Under the pieces are notes generated by a model that did no database searches, was not told the DNA's origin, and saw only the letters and a list, made by a program, of their open reading frames with translations. A stretch of 64,000 nt of DNA from Armatimonadota bacterium (GTDB lineage: Bacteria; Armatimonadota; UBA5829; DSUL01), in the NCBI GenBank assembly GCA_039811685.1, contig JBDHZC010000001.1, forward strand, positions 224,001-288,000, read 5' to 3'. A program made the translations under genes and the position numbers. This document shows, in pieces, positions 50,501-59,634 of this stretch (position 1 is the stretch's first letter; each line of letters begins with the position of its first letter).

Positions 50501-50677
50501 CTTAATGCCAGCCTCACGCGCGGCTTTGACGAAGCGTATTGCCCCGCATAGATTGTCGTGATCCGTGAGGGCGATGGCCTCATAGCCGTATTCGCCTGCG
50601 CGTTTGACGATAGCTTCCGGGTAGGAGCAGCCATCCAGAAAAGAAAAGGCGCTATGGACGTGGAGATGGACGGACAT
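47522..50677 (-). CDS. dnaE2: Error-prone DNA polymerase III alpha homolog
   Basis: PHP domain HLHVHS..SFLDG/TDHD, GRGS, PDIDID, KMDLL, LIRPGP, NNQPMGFY and OB fold; downstream of an imuB-like gene. Confidence 0.92.
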   Translation of the reverse strand: MSVHLHVHSAFSFLDGCSYPEAIVKRAGEYGYEAIALTDHDNLCGAIRFVKAAREAGIKPILGAELSLQSRANEQAGPNHITLLAATSHGYQNLCRLITLGYEYGGRRTPATPAERLFEHSQGLIALSGCRKGEISRLLLEGRRIEARQTALEYRRIFGDRFFIELQRLFLPHERRLLSDLCALADELKIPVAATNNVHYLDRDDLPTHDILTCCRTLTKVDEPHPLRPLNAEQFLLPPQLFYNRFRTRLDALTNTDRIAATCDDNVLDMARPDIPTPAICEGTPAQFLRKLTYQGARQRYGKLTPVIEARLNHELRIIGRLRCESYFLVVWDIVREAKLRGIRTSGRGSVVDCAVGHCLGISDIDPIGANLRFERFMSLERSQMPDIDIDFPREQRDELVTWVQERYGVDHVGAVCTFSTFRARSALREIGKAMELPEDEIGLLARRLRSTNADEIAEQMEKQPQAARQRTSAKRYEHLFAMCARVAGLPRMISTHLCGIVITTHPILNYTPLQPTAKGIARIAHFDKDDIEYVGLKMDLLSLPILEAVDQAKPVCRFESIPHNDPTTFEMIRSGQAVGAFELQSPAQRALHVRVKTDSMKDIIDSIALIRPGPGMGGMVDTYIRRKLGLEPVEYMHPALEEPLKHTFGVIIFQEQVIEVACAAAKLTPGEADILRKMITHARSKKAMEELRGNFIRKALANGVERDTAEKVFKCVAGFAGYGFAEGHARAFGEIAYKSAYLLNHHPAHYLAGLLNNQPMGFYPPNTIVSQARNRGILILPLDINESHYLATSTDDAIRIGFRQARGLSDTLGRRIHSEAPFNDIRDFCERCHPAMNELEALIIAGAFDSLHPHRRALLWQSEAISKLAQRKETLRLLDIEPDSILPGQGTVEAFPDFTEAERLSMEYSVLGLNPNCHLVSLLRPKLDSYGLLTTADLAWIPGGQKVRVGGLTICPHTPPTKSGTRVLFFCLEDEFGLIDVTCFEDIYRSSGYLAFSEPVVIVEGTLQKRNLGRALLADRIMRVPQTLSREAAVEKVFSLSEPKTHSIAR

Positions 50678-50692
50678 ATAGTGAAAAGCGCT

Positions 50693-51016
50693 TTAGTCTT
50701 CCACTCCATACAAAACCCAATGTCCTGGGCCTGTACGGTTGAGCTGGCTATCAAGCAGAAGGCGCATGCTGTTGTCCTCCTTCTCGCTGTTAGTGGTAAA
50801 GAGCGTCTCGTAGAGGCAGTGGAGCTCGAATGTTTTACCAGCGCTGTCTAAAACGCGGTAAACTTCCCGCTCAGGCTCGCGATCCCACCAGCAGCCAGAC
50901 TCCTTCCAGCGCTCGATAATGCGCTGAACACTGTAAGAGTGTCCGCGCCACATAAACTCACAAGGCGTTCCGTTGGCGGACGTGTGAACGTCGATTTTCT
51001 GTAGAACGTAGCGCAT
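50693..51016 (-). CDS. Small DUF6504-like protein
   Basis: P..F.WRG..Y.V..IIERW.E.G.WW....RE..RV...FEL...W.L..V.D pattern, between imuB-like gene and dnaE2. Confidence 0.75.
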   Translation of the reverse strand: MRYVLQKIDVHTSANGTPCEFMWRGHSYSVQRIIERWKESGCWWDREPEREVYRVLDSAGKTFELHCLYETLFTTNSEKEDNSMRLLLDSQLNRTGPGHWVLYGVED

Positions 51017-51040
51017 ATCTTCGAAAGGCTCCTGGATGTG

Positions 51041-52312
51041 TCAATAAAACCGCAGCATTCGCTCGCGCCATGCGACAGCGATATCTGAGCAGAAACGCAA
51101 TGTGTCTGTTCCAAACCGGACTGTCAAAAACGCCTTTAACTCCTCCTTCTGTCCCTCCAGCGCGCGCAGTGGTATAAACAAATCCAGTTGTCGCGCTGCC
51201 GTTGCGCTCAGGTCTTCTGCCGTAATGCGTATGGATTCTACCGGGCGCACAAGCCGCATTCTCTCAAACAACCGCAGCGCGCACAGATAAAGTCTGTTCG
51301 GGCTGCACACAGGCGGGTTGATAGCCATAGCCTCTGAGGCAGGCATAATGCAGCCGTCTTCTAAAATCTCCAGGCTCAGTTTGCGGCACTGACTGTGATC
51401 GCTTTTCAGAATGTTTGAGAGCTCAGCGCTCAACTCCAAAAGGTGTTGAAAGATCAACTCCCGATCCTGTAGCTCTTCGCAGCGGCGCTGGACACTGAAG
51501 GTCTTTGGTGGCCATGCGCTTCGCAGTGGCTGAGTATCCAACCCTCGCGCGGCTTCAAATAACGCATAGCCCTCATTCCCAAAGCGAGAAAATAGCGTCC
51601 GGCGATGAAAGCGCTGTACGTGCGAAACGCGCAGCATACCCAGGCGTTTCAGACGCTCCCGCAGCTTTCTGGAAGTTGTCCAGAGGGCCTCAACAGGGTA
51701 GGGCGCTATAAAATCTATATGCTGATCTGGTTGAAGGCATGCAAAATGCGGCAAATGCGCCGAGGTTGGCGAGGCGCTTTGAATAGAGTGTTGTGGTAGA
51801 TAAGAAGCGCTCCTTTTGTTGTTCACAACGCGACGCGCTGATGACAGGAGAGCGCTGTTTTTCTGCTCCTGAGCGATGCGCCGTCCAAGCAGACGGGCCG
51901 CCAGACGCGATTGCGCCACACCAATAACAGCTTCAAATCCCAGATCTCTCATCTCCGCCAACAGCACCCGGGCGGTCGCTTCCCAGTTGTGAGTTTGTAG
52001 CCCCAGGAAGATTTCACCTGGCCGGAATGGCTCTACTATCGGTGTAAAGCGATAGACGACTCTGCACAGTAGATCTGAAACGTCCTGGAAGTCTTCCGGG
52101 CGGTATTCCACCTGCTCTACGCCTGGGGCGATACGCATAGCTTTGCGAGCTGAAACACCTGTGCGAATACCGAGCCTTTCCATCTCTGATGTAGCGGCCA
52201 GTACCTTGCCGTTCAGACTCATCCAGAATGGCCGTTCGCTTAATTCTGGCCGCAGGCGTTGTGTCTGTACGCAGAAAATATCGGGGATATAGAGATAGCC
52301 AACGCAGTTCAT
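51041..52312 (-). CDS. imuB: ImuB-like catalytically inactive Y-family polymerase
   Basis: Y-family motifs (GIRTG...A, TPIVE, GVAQSRLAA, L..LG) without the catalytic Asp residues; beta-clamp motif QLDLF. Confidence 0.8.
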   Translation of the reverse strand: MNCVGYLYIPDIFCVQTQRLRPELSERPFWMSLNGKVLAATSEMERLGIRTGVSARKAMRIAPGVEQVEYRPEDFQDVSDLLCRVVYRFTPIVEPFRPGEIFLGLQTHNWEATARVLLAEMRDLGFEAVIGVAQSRLAARLLGRRIAQEQKNSALLSSARRVVNNKRSASYLPQHSIQSASPTSAHLPHFACLQPDQHIDFIAPYPVEALWTTSRKLRERLKRLGMLRVSHVQRFHRRTLFSRFGNEGYALFEAARGLDTQPLRSAWPPKTFSVQRRCEELQDRELIFQHLLELSAELSNILKSDHSQCRKLSLEILEDGCIMPASEAMAINPPVCSPNRLYLCALRLFERMRLVRPVESIRITAEDLSATAARQLDLFIPLRALEGQKEELKAFLTVRFGTDTLRFCSDIAVAWRERMLRFY

Positions 52313-52346
52313 AGCTTTTGAAATTGGAGCTTCCGGTCCAGATAAC

Positions 52347-52360
52347 AGAACATATGTTCG
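52347..52360. promoter_or_regulatory. LexA (SOS/Cheo) box
   Basis: AGAACATATGTTCG is GAAC-N4-GTTC, 35 bp upstream of the imuB-like ATG. Confidence 0.85.
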
Positions 52361-52371
52361 ATATACTGCTA

Positions 52372-52401
52372 ACTATATTCCCGTTTGTTGCTTTCTGTCA
52401 A
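52372..52401 (-). promoter_or_regulatory. Sigma70-type promoter of the mutagenesis cassette
   Basis: Minus strand TTGACA (52401-52396), 18-bp spacer, TATAGT (52377-52372). Confidence 0.75.
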
Positions 52402-52429
52402 CATGTATTTGGGGAAAAAGAGGCGGTCG

Positions 52430-53365
52430 CTAGAAGCTATCCGCGCGCCACCACACAGCGCGACCTTCGCTATAGAGCCTTGTGATTTCGGTGTACTCCT
52501 CTTCGGGCAGGCTGACGTTGCGGAACATCTTCTTCTTGTTTACTTCCGGACCAACATCGCCCAGCCTTCTCACAAGCTCCATCTGTCCCAGCGGGGGCAC
52601 TCCGTCAAACTCAAGCCAGGCATATCCGTCACGCTGTGCTGCGCGCGCTGCAGAAACTACCAGCGCTTCTTCAGACTCCGCGTCCCTGGCCACCAGTTCA
52701 ATGACACTTAGATGCTCCTGCCCTTCCAGCCGCCGTACGACGACATAGCCAGCATCTCCCAGGCGCAGCACGCGTCCCTGCATGTTTTCCCAGCGCTCGA
52801 CACTGGCTGCACAGAAATGAAACTCACCGCGCTCCAGCGCCAGGTACGGTTGTGGGAAGTGTTCATAGAGGCGGAACAGATTGTCCCAGGGTTTCTCTAT
52901 CTCCTCGGCTTCGGATGCGTATGGCAGAGTCTGTCCAAGAGTCACTATGGGCTGTGGCGTCTCGACAAGCTTCCATCCGAGTTTTGAGTAGTGGCTGTGG
53001 ATATCTGTAAACAACAGAGAGAAAGCGATGCGTTCTGTCTCCATCTTCTCAATCATCTGACTGAGAAGCGCGCGTGACAGGCCATGCCGGCGCTGGTCTT
53101 CGCGTGTCGCTACAGCGCCGATCCCTCCGCACCAGATCGTTTCACCGCGCCAGCGAAGTGGGCGCCGGATGAGCCCCACAGCGCTTACCAGCTCACCGCC
53201 GTCAAATGCGCCCAAAATATCGCCTTCTCTGCGCCACGGATCTGAGTGAACAAATTCTGCAAAATCTTTGCGGCTTACCGGAAAGACGCTTGCCCACAAA
53301 TCAAGTGCGGCATCAATATCTGAGACAGGGCGCAGTGTGCAACCTGCCAGAGTTTCCAATGTCAT
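52430..53365 (-). CDS. GNAT family N-acetyltransferase (Eis-like)
   Basis: GIGAVAT..DQRRHGLSRAL acetyl-CoA motif and YSKLGW. Confidence 0.88.
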   Translation of the reverse strand: MTLETLAGCTLRPVSDIDAALDLWASVFPVSRKDFAEFVHSDPWRREGDILGAFDGGELVSAVGLIRRPLRWRGETIWCGGIGAVATREDQRRHGLSRALLSQMIEKMETERIAFSLLFTDIHSHYSKLGWKLVETPQPIVTLGQTLPYASEAEEIEKPWDNLFRLYEHFPQPYLALERGEFHFCAASVERWENMQGRVLRLGDAGYVVVRRLEGQEHLSVIELVARDAESEEALVVSAARAAQRDGYAWLEFDGVPPLGQMELVRRLGDVGPEVNKKKMFRNVSLPEEEYTEITRLYSEGRAVWWRADSF

Positions 53366-54462
53366 GTCAAACGCAAGTCCTCATAGATGGCGTTGTTGAT
53401 ATTGCGCTGGCGTTTCTGGTGCGCAGGCTCTCCGGGCATTCCATTGCAAACCCATGCGACAACCAGACTGCGCTGTGGGTCACAGAACGCGCATGAAGAC
53501 TGTGATCCGCTGTGGCCAAAAGTTCGCCGAGAGGCATAGCGCCCATAGCCATAAGGCACTGTCTCTTCTCCGTAGAATGCGCTGTTGATAATAAACCCCA
53601 GACCCCAGTCCATGGTGTGCCGGAATGTCTCGTCGTACATCGCTGTGCGGTGGCGCGCGGAGATTGCTTCGGCCGTCTGTTGACTGATGAGACGCATTTT
53701 GTCTGTCTGTCCATGTCCGAGCAACATCTCATAGAAGCGCGCAAGTTCCTGGATGGGTCCACGAGCGCTGGCTCCAGGGCTTACTAATGCTCTGCCTTCC
53801 TGCGATTCTCTCTCAAGAGGTTCCGGTTTACCTCGTGCTGTTACCATCATAGTGCCCAGTCTCTCGCCCAGCGCTTCCTCTTGTCTTGCGTTCAGTGCAA
53901 ATGATGTATCAGCCATTTCAAGCGGCTCCAGAATGAGTTCTGTAACCGCTCGCTCAAAGCTCTGTCCAGTAAGTCTCTGGACAACCTCTCCCAGAACAAA
54001 CCAGCTTGATGATGGGTGATAGCCGGCTCGTTCACCTGGAATCCAGCCTTCCTCAAGCGGGGCGTGAGCGATTCTCTGCAGAGTCGCAGACCAGGAACTG
54101 GCTGCTCCGCCCGCATCCGCAAAACGAAATCCGCCTGTGTGGGTCAGAATGTGGCGGATGGTGACGCTGCCCTTGCCGTTGCTGCCAAACTCGGGAATGA
54201 AATGTTGAACGGTATCGTCGAGCTTCAGGAGTCCTTCTTCCCAGAGCCGAGCGATTGCCACTGCAGTCAGAGGCTTACCGGCAGACATCCACAGCATAGT
54301 TGTCCCGGAAGTCATTGGCGCCTCAGGCGCTGCCTTGCCCATACCGAAGTCTGCACACACTTCTTTATTAAGTGAAGCGTACACCTGTGCTCCGATATGA
54401 AGCCCGCTGAGCATTCCCTCTTCGATGACAGCGCGCGTGCGCTCCATTGGAAAGTCTGCCAT
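53362..54462 (-). CDS. Serine hydrolase, beta-lactamase class C-like
   Basis: SxxK (SAGK), LTHTGG, PG...YH and FGHSG. Start approximate. Confidence 0.9.
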   Translation of the reverse strand: MADFPMERTRAVIEEGMLSGLHIGAQVYASLNKEVCADFGMGKAAPEAPMTSGTTMLWMSAGKPLTAVAIARLWEEGLLKLDDTVQHFIPEFGSNGKGSVTIRHILTHTGGFRFADAGGAASSWSATLQRIAHAPLEEGWIPGERAGYHPSSSWFVLGEVVQRLTGQSFERAVTELILEPLEMADTSFALNARQEEALGERLGTMMVTARGKPEPLERESQEGRALVSPGASARGPIQELARFYEMLLGHGQTDKMRLISQQTAEAISARHRTAMYDETFRHTMDWGLGFIINSAFYGEETVPYGYGRYASRRTFGHSGSQSSCAFCDPQRSLVVAWVCNGMPGEPAHQKRQRNINNAIYEDLRLT

Positions 54463-54571
54463 TTCGCCAACGAGTATGCGTGGAAGGAGGCTTGCTTCGC
54501 CAGATACGTTCCATATTGCTTGATTGGTGTCTGTACGGGTAAAGCTATGCCGGACAAAGGAGGACTCGTCT

Positions 54572-55195
54572 ATGCCAGAACCCGAAGGCACAGCAAAATA
54601 CCTCGGAGAAATCGCTCCGGGAGTTCATCACTTCTCGATGCTGGACAACCGCATTAATGCGCAGAGTGACAGCTACGTCATAGAAAATGCGTCGAGCGTT
54701 GTTTTTGTAGATCCGCTGCCAATGCAGGACTCTGATCTGGAGAGACTGGGAAAACCCGGCGCGATTGTCCTGACAGCCTCGTGTCACGAACGCGCGTCGC
54801 ACCGCTACTCGCAGAAGTATCAGATTCCCATCTGGGCGCCTGAAGGTGCGGTGGACTTTGAAGATGAGCCTGATAGGTACTACACAGCAGAAACTGCGTT
54901 GCCAGCAGGTCTGCAGCCAGTTCATTCACCAGGTCCGACTGAGGCGCACTACTCACTGTACTTGCCAGAAGGAGTCGGGCTCATCTTCTGTGCGGACCTG
55001 TTGACGAATCCCGGGGAAGGCATTCTACATTTTGTGCCGTCGGAATACCAGGATGCGCCACTGCAGACGCGGGACAGCGTGAGAAACTTGCTGAAGCTGC
55101 GCTTTGAGATTCTGTGCCCAAATCACGGAGCGCCTGTTTTGAAGGATGCCAGGCAAAAGATAACTGAAGCGCTTGGGCGTGACGCCGGGAGTTAG
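54572..55195 (+). CDS. MBL-fold protein with a degenerate metal motif
   Basis: VDP, LTASCHER, HSPG, ADL and CPNHG; RBS before ATG 54572. Confidence 0.75.
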   Translation: MPEPEGTAKYLGEIAPGVHHFSMLDNRINAQSDSYVIENASSVVFVDPLPMQDSDLERLGKPGAIVLTASCHERASHRYSQKYQIPIWAPEGAVDFEDEPDRYYTAETALPAGLQPVHSPGPTEAHYSLYLPEGVGLIFCADLLTNPGEGILHFVPSEYQDAPLQTRDSVRNLLKLRFEILCPNHGAPVLKDARQKITEALGRDAGS

Positions 55196-55344
55196 CTTTT
55201 CGGACTCTAGCTTCGAGGCGTGGCTGGTTTCGATGCGCTCGCGCGGTGTCCCATAAGCATGTTATCCCGGTGTCGGTTGCTGACTGGCCTTTCGCGGGTA
55301 ACACAGAGTTGGGATACCAGATTTGACAATACGCGGGGGCTGCG

Positions 55345-55881
55345 ATGAGCGAGAAGATTGTTGGGCTCTTTCCTGATGAGAAAAAAGGAGAGAAGGCTGT
55401 CACCTGGCTGAAAAAGCATGGCGTACGGCTGCGTCAGATAGAAGTGATCTCTGGGCACAGTTTACAGGCAGAAGGCCAGGACGGAGGTTCTTGGAAAGGC
55501 GCAAGTGGAACAGACGGCGCGATGATGGGCGTGGTAGCAGGTACTGGCCTGGCTTCGGCAGGCGGCGCTTTGCTTGGGATTGCGGCCTCTATTGGCCCAG
55601 GAGTTGGGCTTACGGCTTCAGACTCTACGTCAGGAACCACCATTGGCGCCGTGGGTGGAGTGCTGGCCGCTTCTGCGGTGGTCGGCTCATCACTCGCCGG
55701 AATCGGCCGGTCTCTGGACGGCTGGGGCCTGGATGCGGGTGAAGCTCAGATGGTTCAGGGGTTCCTGAGTGACCCTGCAACACTTTTCGTTGGAGCGGAG
55801 TTGGCAGGGAGCAGCATTGATGGCAAACAGGCGGCGAAGGCAATAAAACGGCTTGGAGGGAAACCGATCCTCCACGACTGA
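55345..55881 (+). CDS. Glycine-zipper membrane protein (general-stress-protein-like)
   Basis: N-terminal IVGLF.D...A...L motif and a Gly/Ala-rich hydrophobic core. Confidence 0.65.
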   Translation: MSEKIVGLFPDEKKGEKAVTWLKKHGVRLRQIEVISGHSLQAEGQDGGSWKGASGTDGAMMGVVAGTGLASAGGALLGIAASIGPGVGLTASDSTSGTTIGAVGGVLAASAVVGSSLAGIGRSLDGWGLDAGEAQMVQGFLSDPATLFVGAELAGSSIDGKQAAKAIKRLGGKPILHD

Positions 55882-55979
55882 CCAGCCGTTAAGAGTGTTA
55901 GTCGAGGCCGGTCTGCTTCATCTAGGCAGGAAACACCTCCAGACAACGCTAACTCACCGTCATCCTCACACTGGAGTGT

Positions 55980-57302
55980 TTGTTCCGAATGTTCAAGTTT
56001 GTCTGCGCTGTTGCATTGACAATACTCTGTCTCACGCCCGCAGCCACCGAAGTTTTCAGACAGAGTGAGCGGGCTTCCATCGTCGATTACTGGACAGCTC
56101 CCGGACGCTATGTGATGAGCTCACCCAATGGCGCAGAGGAGAATGGCCCATGGGAAGTGCGCCTCACTCCGGAAGCCAGCCGGTGGTTTCATACTTATCG
56201 TGGTGCAGTGGGCGCAGCTTCGCTGCCACCCGGGCAGGCAGAGCATCCTGAAGAAGACACAACGCGCGGTTGGGAGCAGTGGGTAGAGCGCAAGTTAGCT
56301 TATGACCGCTGGGAGGCGCAGGCGGACGCCGATCGCGCGAACGAAGTTTTTGGAGTTCAGCCCAAAGCTGCAGAGATGCCTGCCAGGCCAGGGTCGATTC
56401 CGCCTGGATTGCTGAAAGCCGCCGGAAATCCACCACCGCTTGCCGCAGCCGTCGCCCGCCGTTGCTATACAGTGACGTTTGATGATGGTGAGTCGCTGGA
56501 CTACACAACGCACGTGGGTATGCGTGAGCGCTTCGCCTATTACCGCTTTGACCAGGGCACGGTTTCGATAGGACAGACGCTCAGGAATATGCCTGCGGAG
56601 GAGCTGGACGAGCTCTTCGCCGCCTCTGGAATGACTGACTCCGAGCAACGGATTGCCAGGGCGGTCTCCCGCATGGAGGGCGGTTTTGAGTCTGTCAACA
56701 CCTATGATACCGGCTATGTGAGTGTCGGCTTTATCCAGTTCATTACCCAGCGCGATGGGACGCACTCTCTTATGCAGGTGCTGGAGACCGAAAAAGAGCG
56801 TTGGCCGGCTGAGTATGCGCGAGATTTCCACCGATTCGGCATTGAGGTGGGTGTGGACGGTGTCCTTACAGTGGTTGACCCTGAGACGGGAGCGGAGCTC
56901 AGCGGCGCAGACGCTGTGAGTAAAGTAATTGATGACAAGCGCTTGATTGCTGTCTTTCAGCGCGCAGGGCGGCACAGTGTCCCGTTTCGCGCCGCTCAGA
57001 TATTGGTGGCAAAGGCCGCCTACTGGCCCACTGAAGATACCTTTTCCTTCTGGGTTAACGGTAGAAAGATCGAGGGAAAGGTGAGTGATGTCATTCACTC
57101 AGAGGCCGGAATTGCGACACTGTTTGACCGAAAAGTCAACCGGGGCAACATTAACCCCTTTGCAGAGGTGCTTCAGAAGACTATGGAAACAAACGGCTTG
57201 ACATCACTCGAAGAAGCTGCAAGTCACGAGCGTGAGATTGTCAGCCAACTTGCGTACCGCGAAGATTTTCTCAAAAACTCCGAACTCTCACAGCCGGACT
57301 AG
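55980..57302 (+). CDS. Secreted protein with a possible lysozyme-like domain
   Basis: Signal peptide; EGGFESVNTYDTGYVSVGFIQF motif. Confidence 0.7.
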   Translation: MFRMFKFVCAVALTILCLTPAATEVFRQSERASIVDYWTAPGRYVMSSPNGAEENGPWEVRLTPEASRWFHTYRGAVGAASLPPGQAEHPEEDTTRGWEQWVERKLAYDRWEAQADADRANEVFGVQPKAAEMPARPGSIPPGLLKAAGNPPPLAAAVARRCYTVTFDDGESLDYTTHVGMRERFAYYRFDQGTVSIGQTLRNMPAEELDELFAASGMTDSEQRIARAVSRMEGGFESVNTYDTGYVSVGFIQFITQRDGTHSLMQVLETEKERWPAEYARDFHRFGIEVGVDGVLTVVDPETGAELSGADAVSKVIDDKRLIAVFQRAGRHSVPFRAAQILVAKAAYWPTEDTFSFWVNGRKIEGKVSDVIHSEAGIATLFDRKVNRGNINPFAEVLQKTMETNGLTSLEEAASHEREIVSQLAYREDFLKNSELSQPD

Positions 57303-57382
57303 AATCCCGCAAAAGACAACGACTTACGGCGGAGCCGTTGACGATTGCGGACGTCACCGATACTGAGCAACAGCAGTCTTTC

Positions 57383-57661
57383 TCAGAGGCCGGAAAGCTC
57401 ATTGACGCTCTCCCGCTCGTCCGACCGGTCGATACCGAGTGCTTCATAGAGGCTGCAATGTCCGCTCTTTCCTCTGAGTACAAGCATGCCGCCAAGCGCG
57501 GCGATGGCAAGGCCGCTCAATGAGCGCCGGCTCAGTCCCCACAGCGCGATCAGGCTGCCACCAATAACGGAAGCTGCGCGCTCCGGGCTGCTGATGTTGA
57601 TGTGGTCAAGGGAGAACTCTTCGCAGAGTGAGCGAAGGGAATTCTGAAACGATGTTGTCAC
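57383..57661 (-). CDS. DUF2892/YgaP-like small membrane protein
   Basis: NI...ER..S..GG...G...G.C..Y.ALG; ACAGGAGG RBS before GTG 57661. Confidence 0.8.
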   Translation of the reverse strand: MTTSFQNSLRSLCEEFSLDHINISSPERAASVIGGSLIALWGLSRRSLSGLAIAALGGMLVLRGKSGHCSLYEALGIDRSDERESVNELSGL

Positions 57662-57811
57662 GAATGCCTCCTGTCGCAAGCAAGCGAAAGCCATTTTCGA
57701 TACCATCTGCCATAATAGTGTTCCCATTTTCAGTTCAGTTCGACAGTTTCTTATACTTGGCTGCAGCACTTTTCAGCGGCGCCGTAGAACGTTTTCTCGA
57801 GGAGGATTTCC

Positions 57812-58531
57812 ATGTCAAAAGCTTTTCTGATCGTGGCAGCCTGTCTTCTGACAGCATCTATGCCGGCAGCTTCGCAGACGGCTGCCACCAGGGCAGATCT
57901 GCGAGTGATCACTGTAAGCGGGCAGGGTGAAGTTATGGCCACGCCTGACAGGGCATCCATCCAGCTCGGAGCGACGGCCCAGACACAAGACGCAGCAGGC
58001 GCGCAGAGGCAGGTCAACAAGATTGTCCAGAAGATTCTCGAGGGTGTAAAGGGACTGGGGATTCCTGCGTCCAGTATTACGACGACTGGCATAAGCCTTT
58101 CACCTGTCTATTCAGATAAACGCGGTCAAGATACGCCGTCGGAGCCCAGCATCGTGGGCTATCGCGCCAATAATACGGTACGTGTCCAGCTTGACGATCT
58201 CTCCAAAGTGGGAGCTGTGATTGATGCAGGAGTTGAAGCGGGCGCGAACACTATTCAAGATTTGTCGTTCGATCTCAAGGATGACACCGCGCAGCGCCAG
58301 GAAGCTTTGAAGCTGGCTGTTCGCACCGCTCAGAGCAAGGCTCAGGCCATAGCGGAGGCTCTGAATGTCAAGCTGGGCCGGGTGCAGGATGTTTCTGAGA
58401 GTGGCGTTTCGGTAATTCGGCCGTTCGCTCAGGAGCGCTACATGGCGGCGGCTGCCGCAGCGCCTGTTGAACCTGGACAACTGCGTGTGCAGGCTTCCGT
58501 TACCATTAACTATCTGATATCTGATAAGTGA
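57812..58531 (+). CDS. SIMPL (DUF541) domain protein
   Basis: Signal peptide, ITVSGQGEV.A.PD.A, GY.A.N, GAN and A..KA..IA..L...LG. Confidence 0.92.
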   Translation: MSKAFLIVAACLLTASMPAASQTAATRADLRVITVSGQGEVMATPDRASIQLGATAQTQDAAGAQRQVNKIVQKILEGVKGLGIPASSITTTGISLSPVYSDKRGQDTPSEPSIVGYRANNTVRVQLDDLSKVGAVIDAGVEAGANTIQDLSFDLKDDTAQRQEALKLAVRTAQSKAQAIAEALNVKLGRVQDVSESGVSVIRPFAQERYMAAAAAAPVEPGQLRVQASVTINYLISDK

Positions 58532-58839
58532 GTAGTCACTCCGAATAGACTGGCTGCAAACTACCGCGGAAGTCAACAGCTCCGGCCGGGTGCTCTGTTG
58601 CTCGTACCCGCATGAGAAATCTTTGCGCGTAACCGTTTCCATTTTCGTGTCTGTCGCATTATAATACAGACATATTCTTGCTCAGGTCTCTGCCAGAACT
58701 GACCCGCTCCGAGTGCAATTCGCAGTGGGCTCGGCTCCCAAATCTTCAGAGGGTGGTCTGGAAGCATCGGTCTTCTGGCAGTGGACATTGTCGCTGGGTC
58801 AATGCCGCCCGTTTTACTATGCTGTAAAGGAGAGAATGC

Positions 58840-59634
58840 ATGCGTCTTTCCGCTATTCAGGATGAGCCGCGAAATCAGGCTTCAAGTCTAAAGAGTCGTG
58901 GAGGTTCACGCGGCGCTGGATTCACGCTCATTGAGTTGCTGGTGGTTATTGCGATCATCGCGATTCTTGCCGCAATTCTATTTCCCGTGTTTGTCACCGC
59001 CCGTGAGCGAAGCCGCAAAGCCGTTTGCGTAAGCAACATGAAACAAATCGGGGTGCAGTTCGCAATGTACAGCGACGATAACCGCGGCTTCATGCCGCTC
59101 GGGCGCGACCCCAGCGACGGCATGAATGTCCAATCTCCAATTCCTGTTATCTGGGAGGCCATGTTGCCCTATGCCAAGACCAAAGAACACTGGCGCTGCA
59201 AGAGTGACACAGGCTACTACTCAAGAATCAGCTTCCAGGAGAATGGCCGAACCTATACGGTCGGCGTGGATATTCCTCTACGCAAACCACTGTGGAAGTA
59301 CACCGGCGGAGGTTCTTACTGGTTCAACTCTCGTCTTGGAGTTGTAAATGTTCCTGGTGGGCACAAAAAGGCTGCTACCTACACAGGGAAGATCGAATCT
59401 CTCACCTCTCCAGCCATGATGCCAGTGATGTACGAGCCCGGAGATTTTCACGTCCCCGAAGCTGCGCTTGTTGCGGAGAGAGTCGGCGGGCGAGGCACCA
59501 CTGAGTTTTTACAGAAGGCCCGCTATCTGGTGCTGTTTGGAGACTGGCACGTGCAGGAGGTCTCTGGACTGGACTGGGGCTCCAAATACTACGAGCCGGC
59601 CACAACACTGCAGTGCGGCGGATACCCACCGTAA
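58840..59634 (+). CDS. Prepilin-type N-terminal cleavage/methylation protein (DUF1559-like)
   Basis: [28 protein letters not shown].....C.SNMKQIG; C-terminal LFGDWHV. Confidence 0.9.
   Translation: MRLSAIQDEPRNQASSLKSRGGSRGAGFTLIELLVVIAIIAILAAILFPVFVTARERSRKAVCVSNMKQIGVQFAMYSDDNRGFMPLGRDPSDGMNVQSPIPVIWEAMLPYAKTKEHWRCKSDTGYYSRISFQENGRTYTVGVDIPLRKPLWKYTGGGSYWFNSRLGVVNVPGGHKKAATYTGKIESLTSPAMMPVMYEPGDFHVPEAALVAERVGGRGTTEFLQKARYLVLFGDWHVQEVSGLDWGSKYYEPATTLQCGGYPP

Noticed and set aside
51041..52312. Active DinB (Pol IV)
   Set aside because: The catalytic Asp motifs are absent; context and QLDLF fit ImuB.
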